Below, in pieces: positions 62,532-64,000 of a stretch of 64,000 bases of DNA. Under the pieces are notes generated by a model. That model made no database searches. It saw only the letters and a list, made by a program, of their open reading frames with translations, and had not been told where the DNA came from. The position numbers and the translations under genes are program-made. The DNA lies in NCBI GenBank assembly GCA_902791625.1, contig CADAWN010000001.1:35333-99332 (forward strand). The letters run 5' to 3'. Each line of letters begins with the position of its first letter. Position 1 is the stretch's first letter. The stretch is from an uncultured Erysipelotrichaceae bacterium. GTDB taxonomy: Bacteria > Bacillota_I > Bacilli_A > RF39 > UBA660.

Positions 62532-62587
62532 TTTTTAACCTCTCTTTCATTTTTCTATAATTATTATAACAAAAATTTTAAGAAAAG

Positions 62588-62905
62588 TCAATTATTTTTT
62601 TTGGTAATAAAATCATAAAGGTCGCCAAAATCCTTAACATTAGGATGTTCGTCTCCTACTGTAATATTATCACTAAATTTATCAAAGTCACACTCGCACT
62701 CCCATACAAAATAGCCAAGCCAATCGCTTTTATCATCAATAGCTTCACTTACAGTACGAATAAAAAGAACTTCATAAGAAACTTCATCAAACAATTCATA
62801 AACTCCAAAACCAAAAAGGTCATAAAGTTTACTCATTGTTTCGTTAGCCTTTTCTCTATTATGCATAAACTCTTGCATAGCATTTTTAAATATATATTTA
62901 TCCAT
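62588..62905 (-). CDS. Hypothetical acidic protein (105 aa)
   Basis: Track ORF. Confidence 0.6.
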   Translation of the reverse strand: MDKYIFKNAMQEFMHNREKANETMSKLYDLFGFGVYELFDEVSYEVLFIRTVSEAIDDKSDWLGYFVWECECDFDKFSDNITVGDEHPNVKDFGDLYDFITKKNN

Positions 62906-62927
62906 TTTACTATCTTCTTATCTTGTT

Positions 62928-63173
62928 TTAATATTCAACATAATTAGTTTCTCTCATAAATTCGTCAAACGTCATACTATATGATTTAAGAAATGTAGGT
63001 TCTGAATATTCTATCATAAATTTTGCAACTACTTGATCTTGTTCATCTAAGACAATATCAAAGCTGTAAAGTACAAGATCGTCATTTTCAAAATCATATT
63101 TCTTTTTGATATACTTCTTCATATCATTCTTAAGATTATTATAGTTTTTAACTACTTCGTAAATATTCATCAT
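62928..63173 (-). CDS. Hypothetical protein (81 aa)
   Basis: Track ORF 62928..63365 trimmed to ATGATG (MMNIYEVV..) after AAAGGAAGT. The upstream part is the tRNA gene. Confidence 0.55.
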   Translation of the reverse strand: MMNIYEVVKNYNNLKNDMKKYIKKKYDFENDDLVLYSFDIVLDEQDQVVAKFMIEYSEPTFLKSYSMTFDEFMRETNYVEY

Positions 63174-63200
63174 TCTATTACTTCCTTTACTTTTATTCAA

Positions 63201-63274
63201 CACCCTTAGAAGGACTCGAACCTTCACTCTTGACATTCGTAGTGTCCTGACTTCTCCAGTTAGTCGATAAGGGT
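63201..63274 (-). tRNA. tRNA-Arg (anticodon ACG)
   Basis: The minus strand reads ACCCTTA-TC-GACT-AACTGGAGA-AGTC-A-GGACA-CTACGAA-TGTCA-AGAGT-GAAGG-TTCGAGT-CCTTC-TAAGGGT-G. It has a perfect 7-bp acceptor stem, a 4-bp D stem, a 5-bp T stem with a TTCGAGT loop and a 7-nt anticodon loop whose centre is ACG. There is one G-A mismatch at the top of the anticodon stem, and no CCA is encoded. Confidence 0.75.
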
Positions 63275-63342
63275 ATATTTGCTCGTCTTTCCGAGCCGTC
63301 AACAGTTTTACAAGACTGAAACTACTGTCGCAGTCAATGCTG

Positions 63343-63612
63343 TCACTTGATGTCGATATAATCAATGTACCATTCTACATCGTTGTCATAACAAATTGGA
63401 AGTAAGTTTCCAAATTCATTTTTATCTTTAAGATAATCAAAAGTAAGATTTCTCACACTCTCTTCTGGCTTAAGACCTTCATCTTCAATATCAGCAGTAA
63501 TATATTCTCCAAGATACTCATTGAACTTACCAAGAGCATCAAGATACTTTTCATATAGAAGAATATCAGGCGCACTTTCTTTGAAAGTTCTTACCACAAC
63601 ATAAACTTTCAC
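63343..63612 (-). CDS. Hypothetical acidic protein (89 aa)
   Basis: Track ORF. Confidence 0.6.
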   Translation of the reverse strand: MKVYVVVRTFKESAPDILLYEKYLDALGKFNEYLGEYITADIEDEGLKPEESVRNLTFDYLKDKNEFGNLLPICYDNDVEWYIDYIDIK

Positions 63613-63753
63613 AGCAATTCTCCTTTCAATAGAAATATTTTTTTTTCTTTTCTATATATATTATAACAAAATTTTATGAAGATTTCAATAATTTTATTTA
63701 AAAAATTTTTTAATAGAATGTAAACTTTATGTTAATTTGTTATAAATTTTAAT

Positions 63754-63912
63754 TTATTCCCAATAATCATCATAATCTTTTTTGTGTTTATAACGTTTCT
63801 TATTTTCTCGTCTTTTCTTTCTTTTGTTTCCTTCCTTTTGTTCAACCTCAAGATTTTGTAGAAATTGCTCTACTGGGTCTATGTTTCTTTTCTTTTGCTT
63901 ATAATTACCCAT
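63754..63912 (-). CDS. Highly basic small protein (52 aa)
   Basis: ATG at 63910-63912 follows AAGGAGGAG. The protein is MGNYKQKKRNIDPVEQFLQNLEVEQKEGNKRKKRRENKKRYKHKKDYDDYWE. It is below the ORF-track threshold. Confidence 0.45.
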   Translation of the reverse strand: MGNYKQKKRNIDPVEQFLQNLEVEQKEGNKRKKRRENKKRYKHKKDYDDYWE

Positions 63913-64000
63913 TAGAATTTTAACTCCTCCTTAACGAAATATTGTTTCTGCTTCTATATAATTATAACTATCAAAGATAGTATTGATTGTTGGGAACATT

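Noticed and set aside
63277-63365. There could be a second, class-II or suppressor, tRNA immediately upstream of tRNA-Arg.
   Set aside because: There is a GCTCG-GAAAGA-CGAGC hairpin, but its loop is 6 nt and lacks the TTCRA signature. The acceptor pairing is only 5 of 7. I could not build D or anticodon arms with a 7-nt loop. A possible 8-nt loop, CTTGTAAA, has no CTA anticodon.
62928-63365. The full 145-aa track ORF could be a real gene.
   Set aside because: Its N-terminal 64 codons are the reverse-strand reading of the tRNA-Arg gene and its leader. A good RBS plus ATGATG at 63170-63173 gives the real 81-aa gene.

Overview
This is a visibly AT-rich segment (roughly 30% GC by eye, not computed) of a tailed dsDNA phage, siphovirus-like because it carries Dit, Tal and tape-measure genes. 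All translation and counting was done by hand, so start codons may be off by a few codons and the motif lists are probably incomplete.

The window has three blocks.

(1) 1-34.9 kb, minus strand: one long morphogenesis operon. In transcription order it encodes a late-regulator-like protein, a terS-like protein, TerL, portal, a protease-like protein, scaffold, the major capsid protein, connector proteins, four paralogous major-tail-like genes, a ~2470-codon tape measure, Dit and Tal. Most of these genes are unreadable in the standard code. They are interrupted every few dozen codons by in-frame TAG and only TAG, while TAA and TGA still terminate them. Internal repeats and paralog alignments place Gln opposite TAG, so this is an amber-to-Gln (code-15-like) recoded phage.

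(2) 35.6-52.1 kb: about 30 tiny standard-code genes on both strands. Each has its own near-consensus TTGACA-17-TATAAT promoter, a GGAGG ribosome-binding site and a hairpin terminator. Several of them use TAG as a genuine stop. The intergenic DNA is packed with conserved motif families: a 21-bp palindrome, TGAACRTTGCGAYAG boxes, GCGGCAC boxes and TTTGTGCA palindromes. It also holds at least two promoter-plus-terminator units with no ORF, which are candidate ncRNAs.

(3) 52.4-64 kb, minus strand: a replication-initiator-like gene with an iteron-rich origin-like region, a cREC-like plus DUF1848-like pair, two free-standing nuclease-like genes, small acidic proteins and a tRNA-Arg(ACG).

I found no suppressor tRNA(CUA), integrase, lysis cassette, CRISPR array or rRNA in the window.
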